Positions 49,013 to 58,842 of a DNA stretch of 64,000 nucleotides are shown here, piece by piece. Location of the stretch: assembly GCA_032128115.1 (NCBI GenBank), contig JAQBHB010000041.1:1-64000 (forward strand), read 5' to 3'. The notes under the pieces were generated by a model. That model had not been told where the DNA came from and did no database searches. It saw nothing but the letters and a program-made list of their open reading frames with translations. The first letter of the stretch is position 1, and the number at the start of each line of letters is the position of its first letter. The translations under genes were made by a program, and so were the position numbers. This DNA is from Deltaproteobacteria bacterium (GTDB lineage Bacteria; Myxococcota_A; UBA9160; SMWR01).

Positions 49013-50314
49013 TCAGATGTGAAGCTCCTCCAGGACCCAGCGGCGCGGGTCCTCGAAGCGGCTCCGCGCCAGGGGCGAAAGGTCGAGATCTTCGAAGCGG
49101 CCGCTCGCGATCAGCGACGCCATGGCGCGCGCCACCCCGTACGATTGCATCACGCCGCGCCCCGTGAACGAGTGGGCTTCGTACAGGTTCGCGAAACCGT
49201 CCACCCGCCCGGCGATTCCGCTGCGATCCGGGGTCACTGCGTACAGACCCGACCACCCGCGCACGTGGCCGCAGCGCTCGAACGAGCTGCAGCGGTGGGC
49301 CAGGCGCGGCCAGATCTGCGCCTCGAAGAATTCGTCGCCGTCGTAATCAAAGTCGAAGCCCGGCGCCTCGTCGGGTGTGGAGTAGCCGGCCAGGATGTAA
49401 GGCCCCTCCGGGTGGAAGTAGAGCCCGCTGGGATCCACCAGCATCCCCAGGCCTTCGAGCGACACACCCGGGGCCAGGTCGCCGCGATGCACGTCCACCA
49501 GCGAGATCTGTCGTCGCACCGGCTGGGTGGCATCGGTAACGCCCACTTTCGCCGAGAACATGCCCGACCAGGCCCCCAGGCAATTGACCACCACGTCGCA
49601 TTCCATGCGGACCTCGCCCACGACGGCATCCGGCGGCACGCGATGGGTCACGAGGATTTCGCGCACGGTTCCCGGTTCGTCCGAGGGGCTGCCGCGCGCC
49701 ACCTCGATCACGTCCACGGCCTGCACCCGCCGCAAGCTGCCGGCGGCGCCTGCGGCTCGACTCGTCGACACGCCGCCCACGTAGTGGCGATTGAGAAAGC
49801 GCACCCCGAGCCGTTCAGCCTCCGCCCGATACCAGGCGCGTACCGCGTTGGGGTTCACGAGGCCGTCTCGCGGCGAGAATGTGGCTCCGATGATCTCGTC
49901 CATGGCGCGATCCAGCAGTGGAAAACGCTTGCGCACCTCCACGGGCGTCAGGATCTCGACGCCAAGGCCTCGAGCGTTCTGGGTGTGCCTTATTTCCAGG
50001 GCCCGCTCGTACAGCGCAGGGTCCGAGTAGAGCCACAGATAGCCCTGCGCGCGGAAGCCGAACTCTTCGTGGTGGTCGTGAAAGAAGTCCAGAGTCTCGC
50101 GACAGCTCTCGATGTTGACCGGCTGCCACCAGGTGGCGCGCGCCCCACCCGCGTTGAGTTCGGACGAGGCGTAGACTCCGGCGAGATCGAGGTCGAGGAC
50201 GGTAACGCCATCGATTCCGCGGCTCGCCAGGGCCCACGCCAGGCTGGTCCCGACGATACCGCCACCCACGATCAGGACGTCGGCCCGCTCCCCCACGAAT
50301 TCAGGGTAGGGCAC
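49013..50314 (-). CDS. FAD-dependent oxidoreductase (DAO/sarcosine oxidase/FOXRED1-like)
   Basis: VGGGIVG, SSELNAGG.R, DGLVNP, GAWS, WSGLY..TPD, FTGRGVMQS. Confidence 0.9.
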   Translation of the reverse strand: MPYPEFVGERADVLIVGGGIVGTSLAWALASRGIDGVTVLDLDLAGVYASSELNAGGARATWWQPVNIESCRETLDFFHDHHEEFGFRAQGYLWLYSDPALYERALEIRHTQNARGLGVEILTPVEVRKRFPLLDRAMDEIIGATFSPRDGLVNPNAVRAWYRAEAERLGVRFLNRHYVGGVSTSRAAGAAGSLRRVQAVDVIEVARGSPSDEPGTVREILVTHRVPPDAVVGEVRMECDVVVNCLGAWSGMFSAKVGVTDATQPVRRQISLVDVHRGDLAPGVSLEGLGMLVDPSGLYFHPEGPYILAGYSTPDEAPGFDFDYDGDEFFEAQIWPRLAHRCSSFERCGHVRGWSGLYAVTPDRSGIAGRVDGFANLYEAHSFTGRGVMQSYGVARAMASLIASGRFEDLDLSPLARSRFEDPRRWVLEELHI

Positions 50315-50327
50315 CCGATCCGGGCCT

Positions 50328-51302
50328 TCACTGGCCCGGTCGCGATGGCGGATCGCCGAGCACCCGGGTGTTCGGGTGGAAGGCCTTCCATGCGAACCAG
50401 TACGACTCGGTCACCTGCATGTCGTCCGGCACCTCCCAGCTGAAGACCGCGTTGTCCGGGTCGTAGCGAACGCGGACCGCACGTCCCTCGAACTCGAGTT
50501 CGAGGTTGCCACCGGCCTGCATGACCGCCGTGTCGAGAATCGCCGCCGCCACACCGTCTGCAACCAGCCCCACCACCAGTCGCTTCGGGTGATAGCGATC
50601 ATCTTCGGCGTTCACCGGAAACGGAATCGAATCGCGGATCATGTATTGGGTGAACGGACTGTAACGATAATCGATGTGATACTTCTCCGGTCGCGCCAGC
50701 ACCTTCGAGTCCGGGTGCGCCTCGGCCCAGGCACCCGCCACGTGCTGGACCACCCGGATCGCCTCGAGCTTCCTGCCCGCCAGGGGACCGGCAATGGCCC
50801 GGCCCTCGAACTGCGACCACAGGCTCTCGGACTGTCGGTCGTACATCAGGAAGCCGGAATTGTAGAGGAGCCCCGACACCCCGAAAGTGAGCGCGCTGCC
50901 ATCCAGTTCGCGCTTGAAGACCCGTGGTGTCGCCGTCAGGGGATCGTAGGTGACGGCGATGGGCACGCCGCCAACCGCGTCGTTCACGATCTGGTGGTAC
51001 TCGAGCAGGTGCACCGGATAGGCACGAGCCTCACCGCCCAGATGCACGCCGAGAACCGGCGTGTCGTCGGCCACCCAGGTGGCGTCTTCCAGGGTCGCAA
51101 ACTCCGGCTCGTCGACGCTGCGGATGCCGTCGCGCCCGGGCCCCCCGGCCACGATCGACCCGGAGGCGACCAGCGGGCCCTCGATCTGGAAGCCGTAGTT
51201 CTTCGGGGCGCTTCCCGTCGGGGCGTCCGCGTCGTCGGCGCTCGCGTGGACACCAAGCGCCGAAACCACGGCTAACGCCAATACGAGCCTGAACTCCCGC
51301 AC
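50328..51302 (-). CDS. DUF3179 family secreted protein
   Basis: Signal peptide; GGPGRDGI, ARAYP, HQIVND, FGVSGLLYNS...YDRQSESLWSQ, YWFAWKAFHP. Confidence 0.85.
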   Translation of the reverse strand: MREFRLVLALAVVSALGVHASADDADAPTGSAPKNYGFQIEGPLVASGSIVAGGPGRDGIRSVDEPEFATLEDATWVADDTPVLGVHLGGEARAYPVHLLEYHQIVNDAVGGVPIAVTYDPLTATPRVFKRELDGSALTFGVSGLLYNSGFLMYDRQSESLWSQFEGRAIAGPLAGRKLEAIRVVQHVAGAWAEAHPDSKVLARPEKYHIDYRYSPFTQYMIRDSIPFPVNAEDDRYHPKRLVVGLVADGVAAAILDTAVMQAGGNLELEFEGRAVRVRYDPDNAVFSWEVPDDMQVTESYWFAWKAFHPNTRVLGDPPSRPGQ

Positions 51303-51454
51303 GGGGCAATGGTAGTGCTCCCCGTGCCACCTTCCCCTGGGTTCCCCCGGGGGGGCCTCTCCGGGCCGGGACACCCGCTCGCATCAAGAGCTAGCTGCGT
51401 GTTGACGATAGAAAGACCACACCCGCGCGTATCGGGGATTGGAGCATCGAAGCG

Positions 51455-52483
51455 ATGAGCAACAGCCCCGAAGAGCCGCTGCCCGAGCCGGTCGAGCGCA
51501 ATCGGCTCTACGCCGAGCTCGAAATCCTGTTCGACACGGTCCGCGACCTGGCCTCGACGCTTTCGAGTCACGAGGTCGTGGAGCGCCTGATCGAGCGCAC
51601 GCTCAAGCACATGAACTCGGAGATCGCCTCGGTGCTGCTGACCGATGCCGATGGCGTTCTGCGCATCGCGCACGCCCGTGGACTTCCGGATGACGTGATC
51701 GCAAGCGTGCAGATGAGGGTGGGCGAGGGCATCGCCGGGCACGTGGTGGCCACCGGCGAGCCGCTTCTCATAACGGATGTGGAAAAGGACGAGCGCTTCC
51801 GCCGCCCCAACCGCGAGCGCTACAACACGACCTCCTGCGTCGTCGCGCCCCTGATCCTACAGGGCCAGGTGCGCGGCGTGATCAACGTGAACAACCGCAA
51901 GGACGGAAAGTCGTTCTGCGAAGCCGACCTGCGTCTGCTCCAGGCCATCGCCGGCCACGCGGCCGTGGCACTCGGCAACGCCCGCCGATTCGAAGAGATG
52001 GAGAAGCGGGCCCAGCGTGATGCGCTCACCAATCTGGCGAACCACGGGTTCTTCTGGTCGACGCTCGACGCCGAAGTGAAGCGCGCCAGCCGCCACGAGC
52101 GCCAGCTTTCGCTGGCCATGATCGACGTGGACCACTTCAAGGCGTACAACGATCGGTTCGGACATCCCCAGGGCGACTCGGCGCTGGTCTCGGTAGCCCG
52201 GGTGATCTCGGGAGCCAGCCGCGCCCACGACCTGCCGGCGCGCTATGGCGGCGAGGAGTTCGCCGTGATCCTGCCGGAGACCGCGATCGACGGCGCGGCG
52301 ACCTTCGGCGAGAAGATCCGCGCCTCGATGGAGTCTCTCAAAGAGAACGGCCTGACGGTGAGTGTGGGCATCGCGTGCCTGGACCAGACCGACGGCAACG
52401 CCACCAGCCTGGTGGAGAAGGCCGACGCCGAGCTCTACAAGGCCAAGGACGCCGGACGCAACCGCGTCTGCGTCGCGGACTGA
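51455..52483 (+). CDS. GAF-GGDEF diguanylate cyclase
   Basis: GEGIAGHV GAF domain; DALT, DVDHFK.YND.FGH..GD, RAHD I-site, GGEEF. Confidence 0.93.
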   Translation: MSNSPEEPLPEPVERNRLYAELEILFDTVRDLASTLSSHEVVERLIERTLKHMNSEIASVLLTDADGVLRIAHARGLPDDVIASVQMRVGEGIAGHVVATGEPLLITDVEKDERFRRPNRERYNTTSCVVAPLILQGQVRGVINVNNRKDGKSFCEADLRLLQAIAGHAAVALGNARRFEEMEKRAQRDALTNLANHGFFWSTLDAEVKRASRHERQLSLAMIDVDHFKAYNDRFGHPQGDSALVSVARVISGASRAHDLPARYGGEEFAVILPETAIDGAATFGEKIRASMESLKENGLTVSVGIACLDQTDGNATSLVEKADAELYKAKDAGRNRVCVAD

Positions 52484-52532
52484 TTCAAGAGAACCCCGGT
52501 CAGGGCTGATTCAGGAGAACCCCGGTCAGGCC
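52481..52532. repeat. 26-bp tandem duplication between convergent stop codons
   Basis: tgattcaagagaaccccggtcagggc / tgattcaggagaaccccggtcaggcc. Confidence 0.85.
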
Positions 52533-53305
52533 AGGTTGGAGAAGTCCGGCTTTCGCTTCTCGAAGAAGGCGCGGATGGCCTCCACGTTCTCGGGCGAGCC
52601 CACCCGCACCCGGAAACCGTCGTCCTCGCGTGCACGGGCGGCGCGCACCGCCTCGAGCCGGGGCTCGAGCATCAACTGCTTGGTGTGGCGCAGGGATCCC
52701 AGGGGGTGCTCTGCGATTCGGGCCGCGAGACCCCGCAGGGCCGGCAGCAACTCTTCCGGAGGCAGCTCGCGAGCGGCCAGTCCCGTGGCCACCGCCCGAC
52801 TCGAGTCCACCCAGTCGGCCGTGAAGAAGATTTCGGCCGCGTTCTGCCAACCCACCATGTGGGGAAGAAGCAGGCTGCTCGCCGCCTCCGGCACCACTCC
52901 CAGCGACACGAAGGGCACCTTCAGACGCGCGCCCACCGCGATGTAGACGATGTCGCAGTGCAGCAGGATCGTGAGGCCGAAGCCCACGCCCACGCCGTTC
53001 ACCGCCGCCAACAGTGGCTTGTCGAAGGCGATCAGGTCGTCGATGCAGGAGGCGAACGGGTGATCGGTGTCTCCGCCCCCACCCGGCGGCGCCGACATCT
53101 CTCCCAGATCCTGGCCCGCGGTGAAGGCCCCGGGCGAGCCGGTCACGATCACGACCCGCACGTCGTCGTCCTTCTTCGCGTCGGCCATGGCGTCTCGCAG
53201 CTCGCGCCACTGTTGGCTGTTAAAGGCGTTCCGCGCCTCGGGCCGGTTGAAGATCAGGGTGCGGACCCCGTTGTCGGTCTCCTCGAGAATGGTCTCCCGC
53301 TTCAC
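52526..53305 (-). CDS. Enoyl-CoA hydratase/isomerase
   Basis: NRPEARNA, FTAGQDL, KPLLAAVNG..VG.G, LGVVPEAAS, AFFEKRKPDF; GTGA overlap with bioA. Confidence 0.92.
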   Translation of the reverse strand: MKRETILEETDNGVRTLIFNRPEARNAFNSQQWRELRDAMADAKKDDDVRVVIVTGSPGAFTAGQDLGEMSAPPGGGGDTDHPFASCIDDLIAFDKPLLAAVNGVGVGFGLTILLHCDIVYIAVGARLKVPFVSLGVVPEAASSLLLPHMVGWQNAAEIFFTADWVDSSRAVATGLAARELPPEELLPALRGLAARIAEHPLGSLRHTKQLMLEPRLEAVRAARAREDDGFRVRVGSPENVEAIRAFFEKRKPDFSNLA

Positions 53306-54627
53306 GATGCATCTCCCTTGCGATTCAATTCCGCCGAAACACTCTCTCGCACGATCGCGAGCAATGCCTCCAGGTCGTCGTCGGGAATGTTGAGAGAAGG
53401 CGCCACGTAGACCACGTTGCCAAGCGGACGCAGGTAGGCGCCGCGCCGGCGCGCCTCTTCGTACACGCGCCACCCCGCCCGATCCAGGTAGCCGGAGTCG
53501 CCAGCCAGGTCCAGGGCGCCGATCATCCCCAGCGAACGCGCGGACGCAACGCCTGGCATCTCGCCCATCTCGTGAAATGCTCGAGCGATTCGTTCGGCCT
53601 TGGGTTTCGCACGCTCTAGAACCTGTTCATCCTCGTAGACCCGAAGCACCTCGAGTGCCACGGCGGCGCCCAGCGGGTGGCCGCAGAAGGTGTGCCCGTA
53701 GTAGAAGGCGCGATCCTCGTCGCCGGTGAAGCCCTCGAAGACTCGCGGCGTCGCGAGGGTCGCGGCCATCGGCAGCATGCCGGCGGTGAAGCCCTTGGCG
53801 ATGCACAACACGTCCGGCGAGACACCGGCGTGATCGCAGCCCCACATGGGGCCCGTGCGCCCGTAGCCCGTGGCCACCTCGTCGAAGACCAGGAGCACGT
53901 CGAAGCGATCGCAGAGATCTCGAGCGAAGCGCAGATAGGCCGGGTCGTAGAAACGCATGCCCGATGCGCCCTGCACCACGGGTTCCAGCACCAGCGCCGC
54001 CAGCGTGTCGGCGTGGGCGCAAAGGGTCTGCTCCAGGGCGTCGACACAGGCCTGCAGGCTTCCCGGCTCCCGGGGCGGAGGCACGTGCTCGGCGCCTGGC
54101 ACCGCCCCGGCGAACGGCCGGCGGAAGAGTTCCACACCCCCCAGGGCCGTTGCGCCCAGGGTCTCGCCGTGGAATGCCTCCTCCAGCGATACGAACCGGG
54201 TGCGCTCGGGCCTGCCGTTCTGGTGCCAGAACTGGAGGGCCAGCTTCATGGCCACCTCGACGGCGGTGGAGCCGTCGTCGCTGTAGAAGACGTGCTCGAG
54301 GCCGTCGGGTGCGACCTGGCAGATTGCCTCGGCCAGGTCGGCAGCGGGAGCGTGGGTGATGCCGCCCAGGGCCGTATGACACAACGTCTGCGACTGGCGC
54401 CGCAACGCTTCCAGCAGCCGCGGGTGACCGTGACCCAGCGCGCTCGACCACCACGACGCGTTGGCGTCGATGTAGCTGCGGCCCTCCACGTCGAACAGGC
54501 GCGACCCCTGGGCGCGAGCAACCACCAGCGGCTCCGTGTGGGCCCGGTAGTTCGCCATCTCCGTATACGGGTGCCACACCCGACGTTTGTCGAGTGCGAC
54601 GATGCGGTCGCGCTCCCGGGCCAGCAA
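53302..54627 (-). CDS. bioA: Adenosylmethionine-8-amino-7-oxononanoate aminotransferase
   Basis: VWHPYT, DANASWW, DDGSTAVEVAMK, FHGET, VQGASGM, DEVATGYGRTG, AKG, YGHTF.G.P, LRPLGN. Confidence 0.88.
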   Translation of the reverse strand: MLARERDRIVALDKRRVWHPYTEMANYRAHTEPLVVARAQGSRLFDVEGRSYIDANASWWSSALGHGHPRLLEALRRQSQTLCHTALGGITHAPAADLAEAICQVAPDGLEHVFYSDDGSTAVEVAMKLALQFWHQNGRPERTRFVSLEEAFHGETLGATALGGVELFRRPFAGAVPGAEHVPPPREPGSLQACVDALEQTLCAHADTLAALVLEPVVQGASGMRFYDPAYLRFARDLCDRFDVLLVFDEVATGYGRTGPMWGCDHAGVSPDVLCIAKGFTAGMLPMAATLATPRVFEGFTGDEDRAFYYGHTFCGHPLGAAVALEVLRVYEDEQVLERAKPKAERIARAFHEMGEMPGVASARSLGMIGALDLAGDSGYLDRAGWRVYEEARRRGAYLRPLGNVVYVAPSLNIPDDDLEALLAIVRESVSAELNRKGDAS

Positions 54628-54630
54628 CGG

Positions 54631-55659
54631 CTACAGGGCCAGCTCGGCCAACAGGCGCAGCACCTCCGGCTGTCCGGCTCCCACCAGCAGCGAGCCGGTG
54701 GGCGATGCTTTCCAGGCCTGGAAGCGTTCGGCGATGCGCTCGGCGGGTCCCACCAGGGCGACATCGTCCACCAGCGCGTTGGGCACCGCCGCCATGGCCT
54801 CGCCCTTCTTCCCGTCCAGGTAGAGATCCTGGATCTCCACGGCTGCGTCCTCGTAACCGAGCCGCTTGGCGTAGTCGTTGTAGAAGTTGCGACCGCGGGC
54901 GCCCATGCCGCCGATGTAGAGGGCCATCATCCCCTTGATGGGCATGCGGCACTTTTCCAGGTCGTCGCCCAGGATGGCAGTGGTGAAGGGCGCCAGGTCG
55001 AAATCGGCCATGCTCTTGGCGCCGCCTGCCTTCCGGAAACCCTCTTCCAGGTGCGAGACGATGAGCTCCGGCTTCTCCGGGTTCATCCACAGCGGGAACA
55101 CGCCGTCGGCTACCTCGCCGGCACAGGCCAGGCCCGCCGGACTGATGGCCGCGGTATAGATCTTCAGATCCCGGCGTCCGTGCAGGATGCTCTTGAGCGG
55201 CTTGCCGAGACCAGTGGCGTCGTCTCCGAAGTAGGGAATCTGATAGTGCAGGCCCTTGTGCTCCAGCGGCGCCTCGCGGGCCAGGACCTGGCGGACGATC
55301 TGCACGTACTCGCGGGTGCGGGTGAGGGGCTTGCCGTACGGCACGCCGTACCAACCCTCCACCACCTGGGGGCCCGAGGGTCCGAGGCCCAGGCGGAAGC
55401 GCCCGCCGGACAGGGCATCCAGCGTCATCGCCGTCATGGCGGTCATGGCCGGGCTGCGGGCCGGCATCTGCATGATGGCCGTGCCGATCCCGATGCGACT
55501 GGTACGGGCCGCGATGTAGGCGGCCGGCGTGGCGGCGTCGTTTCCGTAGGCTTCGGCCGTCCACACGGAGTCGAAGCCCAGCTTCTCGGCTTCGAGGATC
55601 AGATCCAGGTTGAGGGTCATCTTCGGGCCGAACTGGCCCGCCAGGAGTCCGAGGCGCAT
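54631..55659 (-). CDS. LLM-class F420-dependent oxidoreductase (Rv3520c-like)
   Basis: [32 protein letters not shown]...NFY. Confidence 0.9.
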   Translation of the reverse strand: MRLGLLAGQFGPKMTLNLDLILEAEKLGFDSVWTAEAYGNDAATPAAYIAARTSRIGIGTAIMQMPARSPAMTAMTAMTLDALSGGRFRLGLGPSGPQVVEGWYGVPYGKPLTRTREYVQIVRQVLAREAPLEHKGLHYQIPYFGDDATGLGKPLKSILHGRRDLKIYTAAISPAGLACAGEVADGVFPLWMNPEKPELIVSHLEEGFRKAGGAKSMADFDLAPFTTAILGDDLEKCRMPIKGMMALYIGGMGARGRNFYNDYAKRLGYEDAAVEIQDLYLDGKKGEAMAAVPNALVDDVALVGPAERIAERFQAWKASPTGSLLVGAGQPEVLRLLAELAL

Positions 55660-55704
55660 GGGGGGGGCTCCTATCTCGGGGATGGAGTGGGCAGGATATC
55701 CGAT

Positions 55705-58245
55705 TCAGGAGTCATCGGGGGTCGCCACCAGGGGCAGGTCGATCACGAAGGTGGTTCCCCGGCCCGGCTGGGAGCCCACGAAGATCCGGCCCCCATGGCG
55801 CTCGATGATGCCGTGGGAGAGTGAGAGGCCCAGACCGGTTCCCGCGCCCACCGGCTTCGTCGTGAAGAAGGGATCGAAGATGCGGCTCTGCACGTCGTGG
55901 GGAATCCCGGGGCCGTTGTCGTGGAACTCCAGGCGCACGCCATCGTCGGTGTGGAGGGTGGTGATGCGGATCTCGCCGTCCTTCTCGATGGCGTCGCATG
56001 CGTTCATCAGCAGGTTCAGGAAGACCTGGTTCAACTGACCCGGGTAGCAGCGCACGTGAGGCAGGTCGCCGAAGTCGCGTACCACCTCGATGTTGTTCTT
56101 GAAGCGAGGCTCCATTAGCGCGAGCGTGCGATCGATCTCCTCATGCAGGTCGGCGTCCTGCAGTTCGGCCTGATCCATGCGGGAGAACGTGCGCAGGTCT
56201 TCCACGATCTTCTTGACGCGCTGGGTCCCCTCCTGGCTGCGCGCCAGCAGCTTCTCGATTCCCTCCCGGACGCGCGTGGTGTCGCTCTCGGTGCGCTGAC
56301 CCTCGATCAGCTTCTTCACGTACTCGTCAAGCAGCTTGAGGTTGGCGTGAACGAATCCAATCGGGTTGTTGAGCTCATGCGCCACACCCGCCACCAGCTG
56401 GCCCAGCGACTTCATCTTCTCGGCCTGGGTGAGCTGGGCCTGGGTCTCGCGCAACTCGCGCGTTCGTTCCTCCACGCGGGCCTCCAGATTCTCGTTCAGC
56501 TTCGCGATCTCGTCGAAGGCCTTGGCGTTCTCGATGGCGATGGAACTCTGGTTGGCCAATGTGCGAAGCAGCACACGATCGTCGAGTGCGAGTCGGTCGC
56601 GCGAGATCTTGCGGCCCACTGCGATCACGCCAAGAAGATCCACGCCATACAGGATGGGCACGAGGATCTCCACCTCCAGGGTGTCGAAGATGTCGCGGCA
56701 GGCTTCGCGACTTTCCACGTCGGGCTCGTCGTCGAAGTCCACCCGCGAAAGATCCTCGCGGCGCATCCACAAATGCTTCCAGATGGGGTGGTGGGACGGA
56801 ACCTCGGTGGTGAGGGCCTCTTCCTCCCAGTCGCCCCGAGACGCGATGGGCCGCAGCAGACGACCCTCGTCGTCCACGAGCAGCACCATAGCGCGCTCGA
56901 CGCCCATGGTGTCGGTGAGCGCCACCAGGATCCGATCCGCGATCTCGTTCAGAGAAAGCATGGAGACCATCGCCTCGGAAATCTCCCGCACCGCCACCCG
57001 GTAGGCCGTCCGGTCGCGGTCGAAGAACCGATCCACCAGATTCTGCATGCGACGACGCAGGGGGTCGAAGGCCAGGATGGCGAAGAACAGGAACACCACC
57101 TGGAACCAGCGGAAGCTCACCCCGAGACGCCAGACCAGCGTGTCGGCAAAGGTGATCAGGAACGCGAACAGGGCCACGATGGCGAGGCTGGCGGTGCCAT
57201 AGGCCGCCGACGACTTCGCCATGGTGCGGATCCCGAACAGCTGTTTGCGCACCAGTCCATAACCCACTGCCACGGGAAACAGGAATACCCAGAACAGGGC
57301 CAGGTAGTAGGGGAAGGGCTTCTCCAACCACCACTGGGCCATCAGCACCACCAGTACCGGGGCGAAGCTCACCAGCGCGCCGAAGAACATCACATCGGCG
57401 CGATCCTTGAGCGCGCTTTCCCGGTGCCGGTGTCGCTCGAGCCCCAGGATCCCCACCGACACCGCGAACAGACCCATCGTGAACAGGAACGACGCGTTGG
57501 AGACGGAGCCCAGCTCCAGACCCAGAGCCTCCTCGCCCAGCCCCAACCCCGCCAGGCCGAAGGCGGCCGCGTAGGGCAGCAACTGGATGCGCCGGCGGCG
57601 AACGATCCAGCCGGGTTCGATGGGATAGGTCGTGAACAGATGGAACGTGGTGGCGCCTAGAAGCGGCAGGTTGATGGCCATGCAGGCCCACGACCAGGCG
57701 ATCACGTCGCCCTGGATCGTGTGCGAGAGCTGAACCGACATGGTGGAGCAGAACAGCAGCAGGGCCCAGGCCCCGGATCGGTCGGGGCGCAGCCACCACA
57801 CGATCGAGCCGGTAGCGATGTAGATCACCGCAAGCAGCAACATCAGTCCGTGGAGCAGGATCAGCAGGCGACCGTGCAGGGCCTCGGATGACTCGGGCAG
57901 CAGCTCCACGCTGATGCGCCGCCCGTCGCGCTTCTGGAACACGTAGGTGTTCGGGACGTCCGGCTCGAGTCCCTTCCAGCCGCGCCGGAGATCCGACAGG
58001 AAGGGTGTGCCGTTGACCTCCAGGACCCGGTCGCCGACGCCGGCTTCGGTGCCCGCCTCGGTGGCGGCGGGGCCGAGCGCCTGCACGATGACGTTGCCGC
58101 CGAGCACCGTAATGGAGAAGGGGTGGTTCAGCTTGTGGCTGGGCGCCCGGAGGGGGCCGAGCGAGAGCGCCAGAGCAACCAGGGCCCAGCCGATGGCGAT
58201 GGCCGCGGTCGTCCGACGAAAGCGCAGGGGGGACGTCGGGTTCAT
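55705..58245 (-). CDS. Membrane sensor histidine kinase (PDZ-like, multi-TM, GAF, HisKA, HATPase)
   Basis: GDRVLEVNG PDZ motif; many TMs; GAF; HELNNP, NQVFLNLL.NA, DNGPG, FFTTKPVGAGTGLGL. Confidence 0.93.
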   Translation of the reverse strand: MNPTSPLRFRRTTAAIAIGWALVALALSLGPLRAPSHKLNHPFSITVLGGNVIVQALGPAATEAGTEAGVGDRVLEVNGTPFLSDLRRGWKGLEPDVPNTYVFQKRDGRRISVELLPESSEALHGRLLILLHGLMLLLAVIYIATGSIVWWLRPDRSGAWALLLFCSTMSVQLSHTIQGDVIAWSWACMAINLPLLGATTFHLFTTYPIEPGWIVRRRRIQLLPYAAAFGLAGLGLGEEALGLELGSVSNASFLFTMGLFAVSVGILGLERHRHRESALKDRADVMFFGALVSFAPVLVVLMAQWWLEKPFPYYLALFWVFLFPVAVGYGLVRKQLFGIRTMAKSSAAYGTASLAIVALFAFLITFADTLVWRLGVSFRWFQVVFLFFAILAFDPLRRRMQNLVDRFFDRDRTAYRVAVREISEAMVSMLSLNEIADRILVALTDTMGVERAMVLLVDDEGRLLRPIASRGDWEEEALTTEVPSHHPIWKHLWMRREDLSRVDFDDEPDVESREACRDIFDTLEVEILVPILYGVDLLGVIAVGRKISRDRLALDDRVLLRTLANQSSIAIENAKAFDEIAKLNENLEARVEERTRELRETQAQLTQAEKMKSLGQLVAGVAHELNNPIGFVHANLKLLDEYVKKLIEGQRTESDTTRVREGIEKLLARSQEGTQRVKKIVEDLRTFSRMDQAELQDADLHEEIDRTLALMEPRFKNNIEVVRDFGDLPHVRCYPGQLNQVFLNLLMNACDAIEKDGEIRITTLHTDDGVRLEFHDNGPGIPHDVQSRIFDPFFTTKPVGAGTGLGLSLSHGIIERHGGRIFVGSQPGRGTTFVIDLPLVATPDDS

Positions 58246-58311
58246 ATGGCTCCCGGCACCCTCGCCATGCTACGGCGGGTGCCCGGGTGCTGTCAAAACG
58301 CCCCGGATTCG

Positions 58312-58337
58312 GACGTGGAGATGAGACGTGGAGATGA
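58312..58337. repeat. 13-bp tandem duplication
   Basis: gacgtggagatga x2, intergenic. Confidence 0.75.
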
Positions 58338-58351
58338 AAAGAGAGGCCGAG

Positions 58352-58660
58352 CTATCGGGTGGCTTCGAGAGCCTCGGCGGCACGGACAGGGACATAGTTG
58401 TAGCCACGTCCGTTGAGCACGACCGTACCCTGGCGATCCGGCGAGCGGCTTGCCACGCGCTGTCGCAGCGTGTTCAGGTTCACCGGGTGGGGTGGGTTGG
58501 CCTTCAGGGACGGATCGTTGCAGACCGCGGCCTCCGAGGACTCCCGCGGCGCTTCGGCCTCGCCGGCCTTCACCAACTGCACCCCGGGCGACAACAGCAA
58601 CAGCATGGCCACCAGGGCGGTCCCACCGATCGCGGTCTTGACCTTCTCCCAGGCTCGCAT
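58352..58660 (-). CDS. Small secreted hypothetical protein
   Basis: GGAG RBS; N-terminal hydrophobic signal; C-terminal VVLNGRGYNY. Confidence 0.65.
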   Translation of the reverse strand: MRAWEKVKTAIGGTALVAMLLLLSPGVQLVKAGEAEAPRESSEAAVCNDPSLKANPPHPVNLNTLRQRVASRSPDRQGTVVLNGRGYNYVPVRAAEALEATR

Positions 58661-58842
58661 GACGTCTCCCCGTGGTACCCTGCACACCACGTCCTGATCC
58701 TTTTCGGCGCTTCGGAGGGGAATCTTGAAGCCGGGACCCGTCGCCGTGTGCGCTACCTGCCTGGGATCCGCACGCGGGTTGCCGATCGCCTGCCGACTCC
58801 CTGCAACGCACGCGTCGAATGCGCAGCTCGGCGGGAGGCCGC

